Positions 13,594 to 26,824 are shown, counted from the first letter of the stretch. The stretch: DNA of 64,000 bases from Malacoraja senta (GCA_038087875.1 JAXLNO010000709.1:186001-250000), one strand, 5' to 3'. The notes: a model not told the origin generated them from the letters alone. Numbers and translations are program-made.

Positions 13594-14655
13594 TATTGTA
13601 TTGTATTGTATATCTTTATTGTCATTTCCTGAGTATTCGCATACCCAGAGGAAACAAAAAAACGTTCCTCAACCAGTGTCCATTTCAGTGTGCAGTAAAA
13701 AATAAATAGAAGTAAAAATACATATATCATGAACAAATTAACACTCTACTCTACTAAACATCAACAGGCGTTCCGATCGGCAGCGGCACGACAGTGGCTC
13801 TGCTGCAGTGTGTCCAGGTTGGTGGTTGGTGCACGATACTTTGGCAGGGGACAAAGTCCGTTTATCAGTCTTATAACCTGCGGGAAGAAGCTGAGGAGCA
13901 TCCTGCTGGTTTTGCACCTAATGCTCCGGTACCTCTTCCCAGATGGCAGGATGGAGAATATGTGATGCGATGGGTGGTAGGGGTCTTTGATGATGGAGAT
14001 GGCTCTGCTGATACATCTCTTCCTGTATATGTCCAGCAGGAAAGGGAGTGGAGCACCAATAATCCTGCTGGCGGTCTTCACAATCCTGTCTAGTTGGTGC
14101 CGTTCGTATGCCTTGCAGCTCCCAAACCAGGAAGTGATGCCGTAGGTTAATGTGCTCTCGATTGTCCCCCTATAAAAAGTTCGTAGGTGTGTAGTCGGGA
14201 GACCTGCTATACGTAGTCTTCGGAGAGGGTGTAGTCGCTGCTGGGCTCTCTTGACCAGTGCTGTGGTGTTGGTCATGGACGTCAGGTCATCTGACAGGTG
14301 GAGTCCTTGGAACTTCACGCTGTTGACCCTTTCCACATCAGCTCCATCGATGTGCAGAGGTGTATGGTGTTGTTTTCCCGCCCTCCTGAAGTCAACCACC
14401 ATCTCCTTAGTTTTTCCCACGTTGAGAATGAGGTTGTGGGATTTGCACCATCCTGTGAGCAGCTCCACCTCCATCCTGTACGCCGACTCATCATTGTCAC
14501 TGATGAGACCCACCACTGTTGTGTCATCAGCGAACTTGTTGATGAAGTTGTTGTTGAGTCTAGCAGTACAGTCGTGTGTTAGCAGACTAAACAGCAGGGG
14601 GGCTTAGGACACAGCCTTGGGGCGAGCCAGTGCTCACGGCTATGGTTTTTGATGA
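13594..14655 (-). mobile_element. Rex1/Babar-clade LINE 3' fragment (RT C-terminal half)
   Basis: GSPQGCVL and KFADDTTVVGLISDNDESAYR...LNVGKTKEMVVDFRR...AQQRL...FYRGTIES...HP.H..F..LPSGKRYR; (CAATA)n tail. Confidence 0.9.
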
Positions 14656-14789
14656 AAGTGCAATAGTGAATTAACCAAATTAGGTAGAGTACATGGCAGC
14701 ACCTTTACAAAGTGTTGAAAGATGTGAACAGTTCAGGAGACTGATAGCAATGTGGATGAAGATATTCTTAAGTCCAGGCTTTCAAGCTA

Positions 14790-15010
14790 AGTTTCATTTA
14801 GTTTTGAGATACAGCATGGAAATGGCCCACCAAGTCCTCACCGACCAGTGATCACCCCATACATTAGTTCTATCCTACACAATAGGGACAATTTATAGAA
14901 GCCAATTAACCATAAACATGCATGTCTTTGGAGTGTTGGAGGAAACTGGAGCACCCGGAGAAAACCCACACGGTCACAAGAAGAACGTGCAAACTCCGTA
15001 CAGACAGCTG
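14790..15010 (-). mobile_element. HE1-like SINE, 5' truncated
   Basis: Aligns with the SINE body and tail of 52953-53280. Confidence 0.75.
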
Positions 15011-15596
15011 TGCCAGGCAATTGTATTGGAGCAGTTGCTAGGGCAGTCTAAGTATAATAAATCTCCGTTAATCCAGCACACTCAGGACTTTGGTAGTACT
15101 GAACTGGCGGATTTTCCAGGCTGTTGGTTGTTATTCCTTTTAATATCCCAATACACTTTTGTTTTTAAAGAGTGAACAGGTTTCAAGGTAGCTGGAGCTG
15201 TGGTCTAGTTGTGAAGGAGCCCCAGAGGGTTTCAAGGGAGTACGAGCAACATCGTCTGGTGAACTAGATGCCAAACCATCAGGATTTCCATCCAAAAACT
15301 TCACCTATCCAGAGATCCTGCCTGACCCACTGCGTTTCTCCAGCTCTTTGTATCTTTATATTTACAGAAGTGAAAAGGCTGGGTTAGGCTTCATCTCAAA
15401 ATCTGCCCAATATTGAAAACCAGTGCAGGATGGTTGAGTTTTTCACTATTCTACCGAGTTTAAAGTTGACATTGACACTCCTTCCCCCTTTGCTCTTCCA
15501 ATTCTAAATTACCCTCTTCTCAATTTGTGCATTGCTCAGGAGGTTTTCTTCTTTACTTTATGTCTAATTCAAGCCAATAGTGGTCCTGTTGTTAAA

Positions 15597-16245
15597 CAAT
15601 TTAACTCCCCCTCCCACTCTCACACTAACTTGCTGTCCTGAGCCTCCTCCATAGTCAGAGTGAGGCCCAACGCAAATTGGAGCAACAGCACCTCATATTT
15701 GGCTTTCTCATATTTTCGATTTCTCTAACTTCAAGTAACCCTTGCTCTCCGTCCCTCCCCATCCTAGTTCTCTGACTAGTTCTACTGCCCTGATTAAATA
15801 CAACTGATTGTATACCGCATTGTCACGTTCCCATCAGCTAGGACTGGACTCTGTGCCTTCCCTCATAATGGGAACCATTGTGGGGGGATGTTTTTTATGT
15901 TTATTGTTAAATTCTTTAATGTTGTGTCTTATCTTTATCTGTGTGCTGCATGGCAAGACAAATTTCACTACACCAATTGGTGTACGTGACAAATAAATGT
16001 CCTTTGTCCTTTGTCCTTTGTCCTTGTCCTTTGTCCTTTGTCCTTTGCTATCAATGAACCATTCTACATTTCCTTATTACCATCCGCTTTGATCTGTTGA
16101 TTTCACACCTCACCCTTCTATATCTCTAGACTCCCTCTCCCCTGACTCTCAGTCTGAAGAAGGGTCTCGCCCTGAAACGTCACCCATTCCTACTCTCCAG
16201 AGATGCTGCCTGTCCCGCTGAGTTACTCCATCATTTTGTGTCTGT
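15597..16245 (+). mobile_element. Penelope-like element 3' end (GIY-YIG C-terminus plus hammerhead motif), interrupted by a retroposon tail at ~15840-16027 ending in (TGTCCTT)n
   Basis: Degraded F.SPSH...LSLLHSQSEAQRKLEQQHLIF matches 58860-58970; CTGAAGAAGGGTCTCGCCCTGAAACGTC near 16154. Confidence 0.75.
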
Positions 16246-17026
16246 ATCTGTGGTACTACTCCTTTTTCTTCTCAAAACGTCATGCACCATCTTTTATCAG
16301 TCTCTCCAGGTGGTGCGTCACTCCCATCGTTTCATTGTGGTTAATACATCCCCCTTCCGCAGTTTCATTCCAGCCTCCTGGCCTGTTCCAATGATATCTC
16401 TCCATTCTCCAGGAGCAACTACATCTCTCCATTCGCCACTGTAATGCCAGCACTGTTCTTTCTGCTTTCTCCTGTTAACTTTTCAGTACAGCTTTTATGT
16501 CTTCTCTTTCACCTGCTGACGCACCATACTCGCTGCTTAGCAGCACATTTCTTCTAATGGCCACCCTGGGGTAAGTAATTGAATTCAATTGGGTTGTGTA
16601 TACAAATTTTCCGATAATTCATTCATGTGTGGCGACTTTAAAAAGCTTGAACAGCAGGAGAGAGTAAGATTCAGCAACTATGCTAAAGATGTGTGATATG
16701 GGGGTAGGTTTAGTGGTGTGATATTGGCAGAGTAGATGATAAATTATCCTTTTATTCTCTGGTCTAAAGTCTGTTCAGAACATTTCTCAAGTGCATCAGG
16801 ATAGTACAAGAGAAAGTGGCGGAAGGAAAGAATGACAAGAACGGTCAACACAGGAGCTCAAGACAAAAATGGGAAAGCCTCCAGCCGGCCAAACACGCTG
16901 CAACTACAAGATTACAAGCAACTACATTTAAGATAATTACTGTCAGACTGCATTTAAGCTGGAGGCACTTCATTATCACTCCTGCTGAGTAGTTCTAGCA
17001 GTGTCCCAAGCTTCTCAGTAAATAAT

Positions 17027-17175
17027 GTGTAAGAAGGAACTGCAGATGCTGTTTTAAACCGAAGATTGACACAAAAAGTCTTCAGACTGAATAAGGGTCT
17101 CGTCCCGAAACATCACCCATTCCTTCTCTCCAGAGATGCTGCCTGCCCCGCTGAGTTACTCCAGCCTTTTGTGTG
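17027..17175. repeat. Penelope-derived foldback repeat
   Basis: Same family as 9701-9942, with inverted halves. Confidence 0.65.
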
Positions 17176-17955
17176 GACTGAGCAAATAACCCAGGTTATA
17201 ATAAGATCTGAAATTTGCTTAGGAAACTAAGACTAACTAATTTATTCACAATTACAGTTAAAAATTATTTCTGCTGCAGAACTTAGTTTTCTTAGCACCT
17301 TCAAATTAAATGGTACCATCAAAGTATTGACCTGTTCAACTGCCTTTCTAAAGAGGCTGTCTCACGACCTAAAGCGGTGACCTAATCCGTGAGTTAAGAA
17401 GAGGGCACTCGCCTGCAAAACCTCGAGCTTGATCGACCATCCGCATTGAAACCGCGAGCTGGATCGACCGAACACACAGCGCGCGCACGCACACACACAC
17501 ACACACACACACCACACACACCCACCCCCCCCCCCCCCCCCCCACCACCCAAAGGTGGGGGCCAGGGAAAGCGTGGGAGCGCTATCTGAAATTCACACCC
17601 GTGATGAAGCGGACGGTAAAAGACGGCTGCCACAGTGTATGGTAAGTCCTTTAGAGAGCGCGGGGGGGGGGGGGGGTGGGCGGGGAGAGAGATGGGGGGG
17701 AAAGGAGTGGAGACACTTTTAAGAAGTACTAGACTAAGTGGGACCCGTTGGGTCCCAGCTTCACACGGGTGGGCTGGTCCCCTAACGCAATATTCCACCT
17801 CTCCACCAATTCCAATATCTCTGGCCAGGGGAGGGGGGGGGGTGCTTTCTGGAACGCTAGCATGTTGTTGTGGGCCGAAGGGACTGATTTCCAGAGCGCT
17901 AGTATGGACTTTGTGGGCCGAATGGATTCTTGGGCTGGCAGCTCAGTCACTGAGA

Positions 17956-17957
<2 letters not shown>

Positions 17958-18036
<79 letters not shown>

Positions 18037-18062
18037 TACATACATACATACATACACACACA
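17958..18062. repeat. (CA)n/(CATA)n microsatellite
   Basis: Directly visible. Confidence 0.97.
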
Positions 18063-18483
18063 CTCACTGACACACACCATATATATGGCAGTAAAATTTC
18101 TTGAATGCTCACACGGCTGAGCGCGGCCTCTACACTTTGGGGCTTCCGCAGTCAGCGGCACTTCCGCAATCAGCGCGACCTCTGCACTCACCGGAAATTA
18201 TGCAATTAGCGCAGCCTATCCACTAAGCAGAAGTCACAAAATGAGCGGGACTTTTGAACCAAACACAGTCGGATCTAATAAAGCATTTATTCCTTCCAAA
18301 CACATTCGGACCTAATAAAGCATTGCAGTTTCAAGCACAGGCAGGGCAGCAGGCCAAACAACTCATGGCATTGTCATTAAGGGCTAACAAATCATTTATT
18401 GCAAGTACATTGCAGACTCACAGTTCAGTTGATTCACAGCTTAGAATGAAAGTCGTGGCCTCTCCCCCACGATCTTGCAGAGT

Positions 18484-18560
18484 GACTGAGTTACGTCCAG
18501 GCATCCGGGGTTTATAGTCCTACCCCCCTGGAAGTGGCGTTACCTCCATCGCGGTGATTG
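18484..18560 (-). promoter_or_regulatory. Candidate Pol II core promoter (CAAT, ETS-like, TATA, Inr) inside the Helitron-like element
   Basis: Minus strand: CAATCA...CACTTCC...TATAAA (18516-18511), with the A of TCAGTC 29 nt downstream (18487). Confidence 0.35.
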
Positions 18561-19445
18561 ACAGGCGAGAAGGATCTCAAGGTTTTTTAAACACTCATAA
18601 CTTTTTTATTTTTCATCGATGGGGAAAATCCTCGACTGCCTGTAACTAAATAGTGACCCCACTCAACTGCACAACGAGTTAAAAAGAACAATGCCGACCA
18701 GATTTTACTCGCGAATTTTTTTTCAACATGCTGAAAAACTTTCCGCGACTTAGCTGAGGCCGCGAGTATGCAGGGACTTCCCTTGAGCATGCAGGAGAGT
18801 TCCAATGTCCTCATAGGACCTCCTAGGACCTTGTGTCGACCATGTTGCGAGTTTGAGTCGAGGGCAAACTCTTCTAAACTCGCAGATTAGGTTGCCGCAG
18901 TGGGACAGCCCCTTAACTATTACGGGGCTGTAATGAAAAGTTACATTCTGCTTCACTCTTGCTGACTGGTGCTATCCACATCCCTTGCTACTAAATTACT
19001 TCTTTCTTAACTTGATGTGAGCTTTCAACTTCTTTTCTAATGGTGTGATCATATCTCTCAGAGTTTTAACAAAATGTGTCTACTCATTTGAAAGGAATAC
19101 AGTTTAGACAATATCTCACCAAGGGAATTGGAAAAACAGATGCTGTCTCATGAGCAAAATAAAAACCCAACCATCATTCATTGGTATGTACGTACAACGT
19201 TGATGACTCACAGGATCTCAACTGATGAACAGGAGCTGTGTAATCTGTGTAATTTGTTAAAATTACAAAGCCAGATTTGTGCTGCAATGGGCTCATCTTC
19301 CTTGGGCACAACATGCCCAGATATAGGTCTAGATACAAGAAGGACTAACAGGACAAGACCTGAATAACTTCACCCAGAACATATCGAAACAGTACAGCAC
19401 AGGAATAGTTCTTTCAGCCCATGATGCCAACCTAAACTAATCCCA

Positions 19446-19652
19446 GATAGATACAAAATGCTGAAGTAACAGGCAGCATCTCTGGATAGAAGGAATGGGT
19501 GACGTTTCGGATCGAGATCCTTCTTCAGACCCTTCTTCTGTCTCGACCCAAAACATCACCCATTCCTTCTATCCCGATATTTTGCCTATTCCGCTGAGTT
19601 ACTCCAGCATTTTGTGTCTATCTTGGATGTAAACCAGCATCTGTAATTCCTT
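19446..19652. repeat. Penelope-derived foldback repeat with an intact hammerhead core on the minus strand
   Basis: Inverted arms; 19501-19528 reverse complement is CTGAAGAAGGATCTCGATCCGAAACGTC. Confidence 0.75.
19501..19528 (-). ncRNA. Minimal type I hammerhead ribozyme motif (PLE-type)
   Basis: CUGAAGA core, stem II GGAUC-UC-GAUCC, GAAA, palindromic ACGU helix III, GUC triplet. Confidence 0.6.
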
Positions 19653-20124
19653 GCTAAACTAATCCATCTGTTTGCGCAATTACAATTCAAACATTTTATG
19701 CATCTTCAAATTAAAGGACACAATCAAAGTACTAACTGTTCCACTATTCCATGCCTGTTCACATGTCTGTATAAATACTTCTTTAACATCACTATTGTAT
19801 TCAATCACTTCCCTTGGCAGAAGTCTTGTTTTGTTACAAGCATAAAATATATGCCTCAGAACTCATGTAGAACATAGAACAGTGTAGCACAGGAACACAC
19901 CCTTCAGTGACAATGTGTGTGATTATTTGCCAATTCAGCATTAAACTTACATATTTGACCTCAAGTAAACAAAAATCCTATAGATGTTGGAATTTACTTT
20001 CAAAATCCAGCCCATTGAAGCAAAATATAATAATTTTACAGAAATTAAAGGTATGCCATTGATTTATTGGGCATAACAATTGCAAAGTTATTTGTGAAAG
20101 CTACTAATAGCCATTAATGACCAT

Positions 20125-20910
20125 GTTTAGTTTAGTTTAGAGATATAGGGTGGAAATGGGCCCTTTGGCCCACTGAGACTGTGCCGACCAGTAATCACTC
20201 ATTCACATGAGTTCTATCTTACACACTCGGGACAATTTACAGAAGCCAATTAACCTACAAACCTGCACATCTTTGGAATGTGGGAGCAAACCCACATAGA
20301 AACATAGAAAGTAGGTGCAGGAGTAGGCCATTCGCCACTTCGAGACAGCACCGCCATTCAATATGAACATGGCTGATCAGTACCCCTTTCTGCTTTTTCC
20401 CCATATCCCTTGATTCCGTTAGCCCTAAAAGCTATATCTAATGGGCCCGTCCACTTACGTGACTTTTACGGTGACTGTCGGCTGTCATAGGTCGTCGCAG
20501 GTTGCCGAAACTTTTCAACATGTTGAAAATCCAGCGGCGACCAGAAAGACGCTACGACTCTTTGGGCGACTGAGGAGACTACTCACGACCATATAGGCGA
20601 CACCCCGGCGACATGTCGCGGGGTGAAGCCTGTATGGTCGTGAATAGTCACCCAAAGAGTCGAACCTTGTTATGGTCACTGCTGGATTTTCAACGACTTG
20701 CAACGACCTATGACGGGTGCAGGCAGTCTCCAAAAAAGTCGCGTAAGTGGGACAGGCCCATTACTCTCTCTTGAAAACATCCAGTGAATTGGCCTCCACT
20801 GCCTTCTGTGGCAGAGACATGGTCACCTGTACAGACAGGCACCCGTAGTCAGGATCAACCCGGGTCTCTGCCGCTGTAAGGCAGCAACTCTTCTGCGCAA
20901 CTGCGCCACC
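20125..20910 (-). mobile_element. HE1-like SINE interrupted by a CR1 3' fragment (~20294-20817), itself interrupted by a Harbinger MITE
   Basis: SINE tail at 20125-20293 and head at 20818-20910; CR1 tail CATAGAAACATAGAAA near 20295. Confidence 0.85.
20442..20760. mobile_element. PIF/Harbinger-type MITE
   Basis: TIRs TGGGCCCGTCCACTTACGTGACTTTT and AAAAGTCGCGTAAGTGGGACAGGCCCA; flanks TAA/TTA; the CR1 host rejoins as TATCTAA|CTCTCTCTTG. Confidence 0.85.
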
Positions 20911-21287
20911 ATTTTCTTTTTATTTATGTATTTGTGTATTTACTTATTATTGTTATATTATCACTACTTACGGTGGCAGACATATAAGGTGGACTTTAAT
21001 AACTTTAATCAGTATCTTTAATGCTTTTGAATTATGATCTATAGATTTAAACCACATTATTTCAGAACTCAAGATTTATTAAGGCATTTTTAACAGTTAG
21101 CAAGGGAAAAGAAGAATCTTTGATTGTGTTTTGTTACAAAATTCCAAGTGGTCGTGTTTCACTGGAAAATATAGAAGATCACCTGTGCATTTTCACAAAA
21201 TAATTAAAAGTACATTTAAAAGAAATCCCATTCTGTGCAAAACAGCTCCGGCAATGTTACTCAATGAAAAAAGATACCGTGGTATTC

Positions 21288-22759
21288 AATTTAATGAGTG
21301 TTTGTGAATGTGTACACAGTTTCATGTGTTTTACTGGATTGTTTTTGGTTTGTATTGTTGCTAAATATAATCTTTAAATAATATTAAAAGTATTTCATAA
21401 TTTGTAAAGAAAAAGGAATTTCAGCAGGCAATAGTTTATTCACTGAAAATATATGAATCATTCAAACTAATTAACCTCATTCAAGTTATAATTAACTCAC
21501 TCCATGTGGGAAAAACATACTATCAGTAATAATATGTGACTGCACATTTGACTGCAATATAACAGCCATTGACAATTTTCATAGAAGTGTTATGAATTGT
21601 ACAAAGAATAGACTTGATTATTTTCAACAATGACAGGCTTCCAGACATCATTATTGATTGTTCTGCAGAGAGGAACTGTGCATCACATTGCCCAAAGTGC
21701 ATACCATTTTTGTTTGTATTAAACCCTGACATGGGGATTCCTTACATTTAATGAAGCGAGACATGTAATGAAGTTGCAACGCATTTCCAGTGCCATGAAC
21801 AATTATACTTCCCTTTAGTGTTCAACAATCACATACAACAGTTTATAAAGATGTTTGCATAGCAATGTTTCTTGATTAAAGATTTTAAATGCATTCTAAT
21901 GGTATTTCACAGAAATATATATATATTTTAAATAAAAGATCTTTCTGTGCAATTCATGACGCTTCTATGTGAAGCCAACAGTTTTGAACCTAGGTTTTAG
22001 GATGGACAGTGATTTTAAATTAGATCATCAAATAGGCGCGGTGGTTAAGTCCAGCTTCTTTCACCTAAGGAAGCTGGCAAAGGTGAAGCCCATTCTTGAG
22101 CGGCAGCATTTTGAAACAGTAATCCATGCCTTTATTACATCTAGGCTGGATTACTGTAACGCACCCTATTTTGGAGTTGCACGATCTTCACTGGCTCGTC
22201 TCCAGTTGGTTCAAAATGCTGCTGCTCGCCTTTTAACTGGAACTCGAAAGAGGGAGCACATAATGCCAATTCTGGCCTCCCTCCACTGGCTCCCGGTGCA
22301 CTTTCGAGCTCATTTTAAAATTCTTTTATTTGCTTTTAAATCTCTAAATGGGCTCGCCCCGCCTTACCTCTCTGAACTGCTCCACCCATACGCTCCTGCC
22401 CGGTGCCTCAGGTCAGCTGATCAGCTGCTCCTGGAGGTACCGAGGTCTAAGCGAAAGCTCAGAGGGGATAGAGCCTTCTCTGTTGCTGCTCCGGCACTCT
22501 GGAACACCCTGCCATTGCACATCAGACAGGCCCCCTCACTGTCCATCTTCAAAACCAGTATTAAAACACATTTATATTCCTTGGCTTTTGACACTGCTTG
22601 AGACTTTGCTCCTGTTTTTAGTGCTTTTAATGTTTTTAATTTTATTGTTTTTACTCTTTCGTTTAATGTTTTTATTGTTATGTAATAATTTCTTGTCCAT
22701 GATTAATCATGTACAGCACTTTGTTGCAACTGTGGTTGTTTTTAAAGTGCTCTATAAAT

Positions 22760-22792
<33 letters not shown>

Positions 22793-23062
22793 TATTGTCA
22801 ATTGCGGTCAAATGTATTTTTATTACTGATTGTATGTTTTTCCCCACAAGGAGAGAATGTTAAATATAACTTGAATCAGGTTAATTAGTTTGAATAGTTC
22901 ATATATTTTCAGTAAGTGAACTATTGCCTGCTGAAATTCTTTTTACAAATTATGAAATACATTTAATATTTTTTAAATACTATTTTCAGGAACAATACAA
23001 ACCAAAAACAATCCAGTAAAACACATGAAACTGCGTACACATTCACAAACACTCATTAAATT
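21288..23062. repeat. AT-rich long inverted repeat (arms ~21288-21615 and ~21935-21968 plus 22790-23062)
   Basis: Outer 72 bp match at 71/72 in reverse complement; inner arms match more loosely; the right arm is split by the L2. Confidence 0.85.
21969..22787 (+). mobile_element. L2-clade LINE 3' fragment
   Basis: ORF 21969..22601 has SRLDYCN, LQLVQNAAARLLTG, LHWLPV and GDRAFSVAAPALWN; AATAAA then (TTA)n tail. Confidence 0.92.
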
Positions 23063-23079
23063 AAAAACAAATTTAGAGG

Positions 23080-23360
23080 CACAAGAGACTGTAAATGCTG
23101 GAATTGTGAGCAAATAAAATTGCTGAAAGAACTCAGCAGGTCTGGCAGCATCAGTGGAGGAAAATGAACAAGCGACATTTTGGGTCAGGACGAAGGGTCT
23201 CGACCCGAAAAGTCACCCATTCCTTCTCTCCAGAGATGCTGCCTGTCCCGCTGAGTTACTACAGCTTTTTGTGCCCTTCTTATAAAATGGCATCCGTCCA
23301 TTTCCCTCCAAGGATGCTGCCTGGCCTGCTGAGTTCCTCCAGCAATTTGTTTATTTGCTA
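23080..23360. repeat. Penelope-derived foldback repeat (nested)
   Basis: GAACTCAGCAGG...GCAGCATC and GATGCTGCC...CTGCTGAGTTC arms around a younger copy. Confidence 0.65.
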
Positions 23361-24041
23361 AAGACAAAAGCTGCTTGTGTTCAAGTGTAAAATGCCATGG
23401 ATTAGCGAGCGGGAGATTTGATTAAACCACTTTTTTAATTGACTTTAAATAATTTAATAATTTAAACATATTTTCATTGCAGCTACCTTTTCATAGGATT
23501 GGGATTGCAAATATAATGTTGTATTAGATCTGTTCAAGAAGTTTGTTCCATTGGTTTGGTTTATCCAATATGTTTGACATCAGATGATTATCAATACTTA
23601 TTTGACAATATATTTGAAAATATGTTGTCAGTTTTATACGATGCTCAGACATCTGCCTGATTTATTGCTAGAAAGGGTCATTAATAGTAAGGATGTTTAT
23701 TCGGATAGCTGATCTAGGTTTAAAAGGCAGGCATATGCCCTTTCTTTCTCTCTTATTGTATGCAGTTGAATCCATATAACCAAAGTTAAGCTAATTATAA
23801 AATGCATGCATAACCATGTTATCAACACTGAAGGGCAATTTTCTTCCTCAGTCGTGCACCAGACTGTTCTACAGCTTCATACATATTTTTCTCAAGGTAG
23901 GGGAATCAATAACGAGACAGCACAGGGTTAAGATGAGGGGAAATATTTAATAGGAACCCGAGGGACAACATTCTCACACAGAGGGTGGTGGTATATGGAA
24001 ACCAGAAAGGACTAGTTGTGGCAGATACAATAACATCATTT

Positions 24042-25498
24042 GTAACCCCTCTACCCGCAAGCTCTGAGCCGAATAACTGGCACCAGTCTACACAGACAAA
24101 CCTGCACTGTCCCTGCCGGCTTCAAAGTCTCCACTATTGTTCCTGTACCCAAAAAGCCCAGGATTACTGGTCTTAATGATGACAGGCCTGTCACACTGAC
24201 CTCTGTAATCATGAAGACCCTTGAAAGACGTGCTGGCCCACCTGAAAAATATCACAAACCTCCTGCTGGACCCCCTGCAGTTTGCATATCGGGCAAATAG
24301 ATCAGTGGATGACGCAGTCAACCTAGGCCTGCACTTCATCCTCCAGCACCTAGTCTGCCAGGGGACCTATGCAAGTATTTTGTTTGTTGATTTTAGCTCT
24401 GCATTCAACACCATTGTGCCAGAGCTACTACACTCCAAACTCTCCCAGTTGACTGTGCCTGAACCCCTCTGTCGGTGGATCACCAGCTTCCTGACAGACA
24501 GGAAGCAGCATGTGAGGCTGGGAAAACACATCTCGGACCCGCAGACCCTCAGCATAGGAGCACCGCAAGGCTGCGTACTCTCTCCTCTCCTCTACTCTCT
24601 CTACACCAACGACTGCACCCCCACTGACTCCTCTGTCAAGCTTCTCAAGTTTACAGACGATACACCCCTGATTGGACTGATCCTGGATGGGGAAGAATCT
24701 GCATACAGACGGGAAGTGTCACAGCTGGCGTCCTGGTGCCTTCGCAACAACCTAGAGCTCAATGCTCTTAAGTTGGTGGAATTAATTGTAGACGTTAGGA
24801 GAGCTCCCCCTCCCCTCTCCCCACTCACCATCAACAGCACCACAGTCACATCTGTGGAGTCATTTAAGTTCTTTGGAACCATTATCTCCAAGGACCTTAA
24901 ATGGGGGGGCCACCATCGACTCCACAGTCAAAAAGGCCCAACAGAGGATGTACTACCTGCGGCAGCTGAGGAAGCACAATCTGCCACAGGCAATGATGGT
25001 CCAGTTTTATACTGCCATCATAGAGTCTGTCCTCACCTTCTCCATCATGGTCTGGTTTGGCTCAGCCACCAAGCACGACATCCGGAGGCTGCAGCGCATC
25101 AGCCGAGAAGGTTGTTGGCTGCAACCTTCCCCCCATCGACAAGCTGTACACTGCAAGGGCCAGGAAGAGAGCGTTTAAGATCATCTCTGACCCCTCTCAC
25201 CCTGGCCACAAACTCTTTGAAGCACTTCCCTCTGGAAGGCGACTCCGGACTGTGAAAGCCGCCACAGCCAGACATAAAAACAGGTTTTTTTCCATGAGCA
25301 GAAGCTCTACTCAACAGCCAAAAGTCTGTAGCTTCCTTGTGCTCTGGTATTTTATTTAATTCTTCACTTGTTTAAATTATAATGTTTTATTTTTAATTGT
25401 CTACTGTATATCATGTTGTTGCTTGTGAGCAAAGCACCAAGGCAAATTCCTTGTATGTATACATACTTGGCTAATAAAACTTATTCAATTCAATTCAA
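24042..25498 (+). mobile_element. Rex1/Babar-clade LINE, 5' truncated, frameshifted RT; inserted in an older CR1 3' fragment (~23885-25655)
   Basis: VPKK..I..LND.RPV.LTS, LDPLQFAYRANRSVDDA, FVDFSSAFNTI, GAPQGCVLSPLLYSLYTND, KFTDD; (ATTCA)n tail. Confidence 0.92.
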
Positions 25499-25859
25499 GA
25501 TATTTGGACAGGTAAAGCGATAGGAAAGGTTAAAAGAAATATGGACAAAATGTAAATCAGACTAGCTTAGATATGCTATCTTGTTGGCATGGTGGGTGTG
25601 TTGGGCTGAAGGGCATGCACCAGACTGTATAACTCAATTACTCCGTGACTCTATACGCTAGACTTAATCCGATTGCAGAGGTAGATTCAGAAATACTCAG
25701 TTTTGTAGCTAGCAACTGGGGCCTCAAATCCCATAAATCCATATGAATGGCTTAGTGAAGGGATCGGTTGTACTGTTGCCAAATTTGCCAACACTACAAA
25801 AATAGATGAGAAAACTAATAATGAAATGCACCCAAGGCATGTGCAGAGAGATTTAGCCT

Positions 25860-26328
25860 GTCACAGAGTCACATAGTGATACTGTGTGGAAACAGGCCCT
25901 TCGGCCCAACTTGCCCACACCGACCAACATGTCCCAGCTACACTAGTCCCACCTGCCTGTGCTAGGTCCATATCCCTCCAAACCTGTCCTATCCATGTAC
26001 CTGTCAACTGTTTCTTAAACGTTGGGATAGTCCCAGCCTCAACTACCTCATCTGGCAGGTTGTTCCACACACCCACCACCCTTTGTGTGAAAAAGTTACC
26101 CCTCAGGTTCCTATTAAATCTTTTCCCCTTCACCTTAAACCTATGTCCTCTGGGTCTAGATTCCCCTACTCTGGGTAAGAGACTGTGCATCTACCCGATC
26201 TATTCCTCTCATGATTTTGTGCACCTCTATAAGATCACCCCTCTTCCGCCTGCGCTCCAAGGAATAGAGACCCAGTCGACTCAACCTCTCCCTATAGCTC
26301 ACACCCTCTAGTCCTGGCAACATCCTCG
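25860..26328 (-). mobile_element. CR1 3' fragment (same subfamily as 1-827)
   Basis: Reverse complement nearly identical to 350-827. Confidence 0.9.
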
Positions 26329-26824
26329 CCTGGTTAAAGGAGTTGGGGGGGTGGGGTCATTAGCAGATGGATATAAATATGGAGAAATGTGAAAACACAG
26401 TAGGTCCACAGTTTTACTATATTTGGGAGTTAAGGATTAAGCGGTTCGGTCAGGAACATGGAGCTGAGGCCAAGTTCAGATCAAGATTGATCATCATGGA
26501 GTAGACTCCTGGAGTTGCATGACCTCTTCCTGCTCCTGCCGTTATAGTGCAGGATTACTGAAATTGGAGGCTAGTTTCTGACAGACAAGGTGTTTAATGG
26601 ATGGGCTAACTATTTGTTTAAAAGTAGTTTAACTCTAAAAAAAACATTTCACGATGATGGCGTGGCAGGAATTAATCTTACTGGTTTGCTCGATGTGTGA
26701 CAAGCCTGCATAAAATGTTATAGTTGAGAATCTCTGCTTCAAACTATTGAGAGATGTACACCATTGTAATTTGTTTACCTGATTTCGTGCACACAGCTCA
26801 TTGGGACGACTGAAGAATATTATT

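Larger units (their letters stand above)
17729..18640 (-). mobile_element. Non-autonomous Helitron-like element (3' end intact, 5' end missing)
   Basis: Minus strand ends GGGACCC-AAC-GGGTCCC hairpin, then ACTTAGT, then CTAG|T; this is the canonical Helitron 3' terminus; internal (CA)n. Confidence 0.7.
17352..18913. mobile_element. PIF/Harbinger-type non-autonomous DNA transposon containing a Helitron-like insert
   Basis: TIRs AGAGGCTGTCTCAC...GCGGTGACCTAATCCG and ...GATTAGGTTGCCGCAGTGGGACAGCCCCT; TAA on both sides (17349-51, 18914-16). Confidence 0.82.

Noticed and set aside
17394..18191. ORFs with HT/CV dipeptide runs
   Set aside because: Translations of (CA)n microsatellites and G/C runs.
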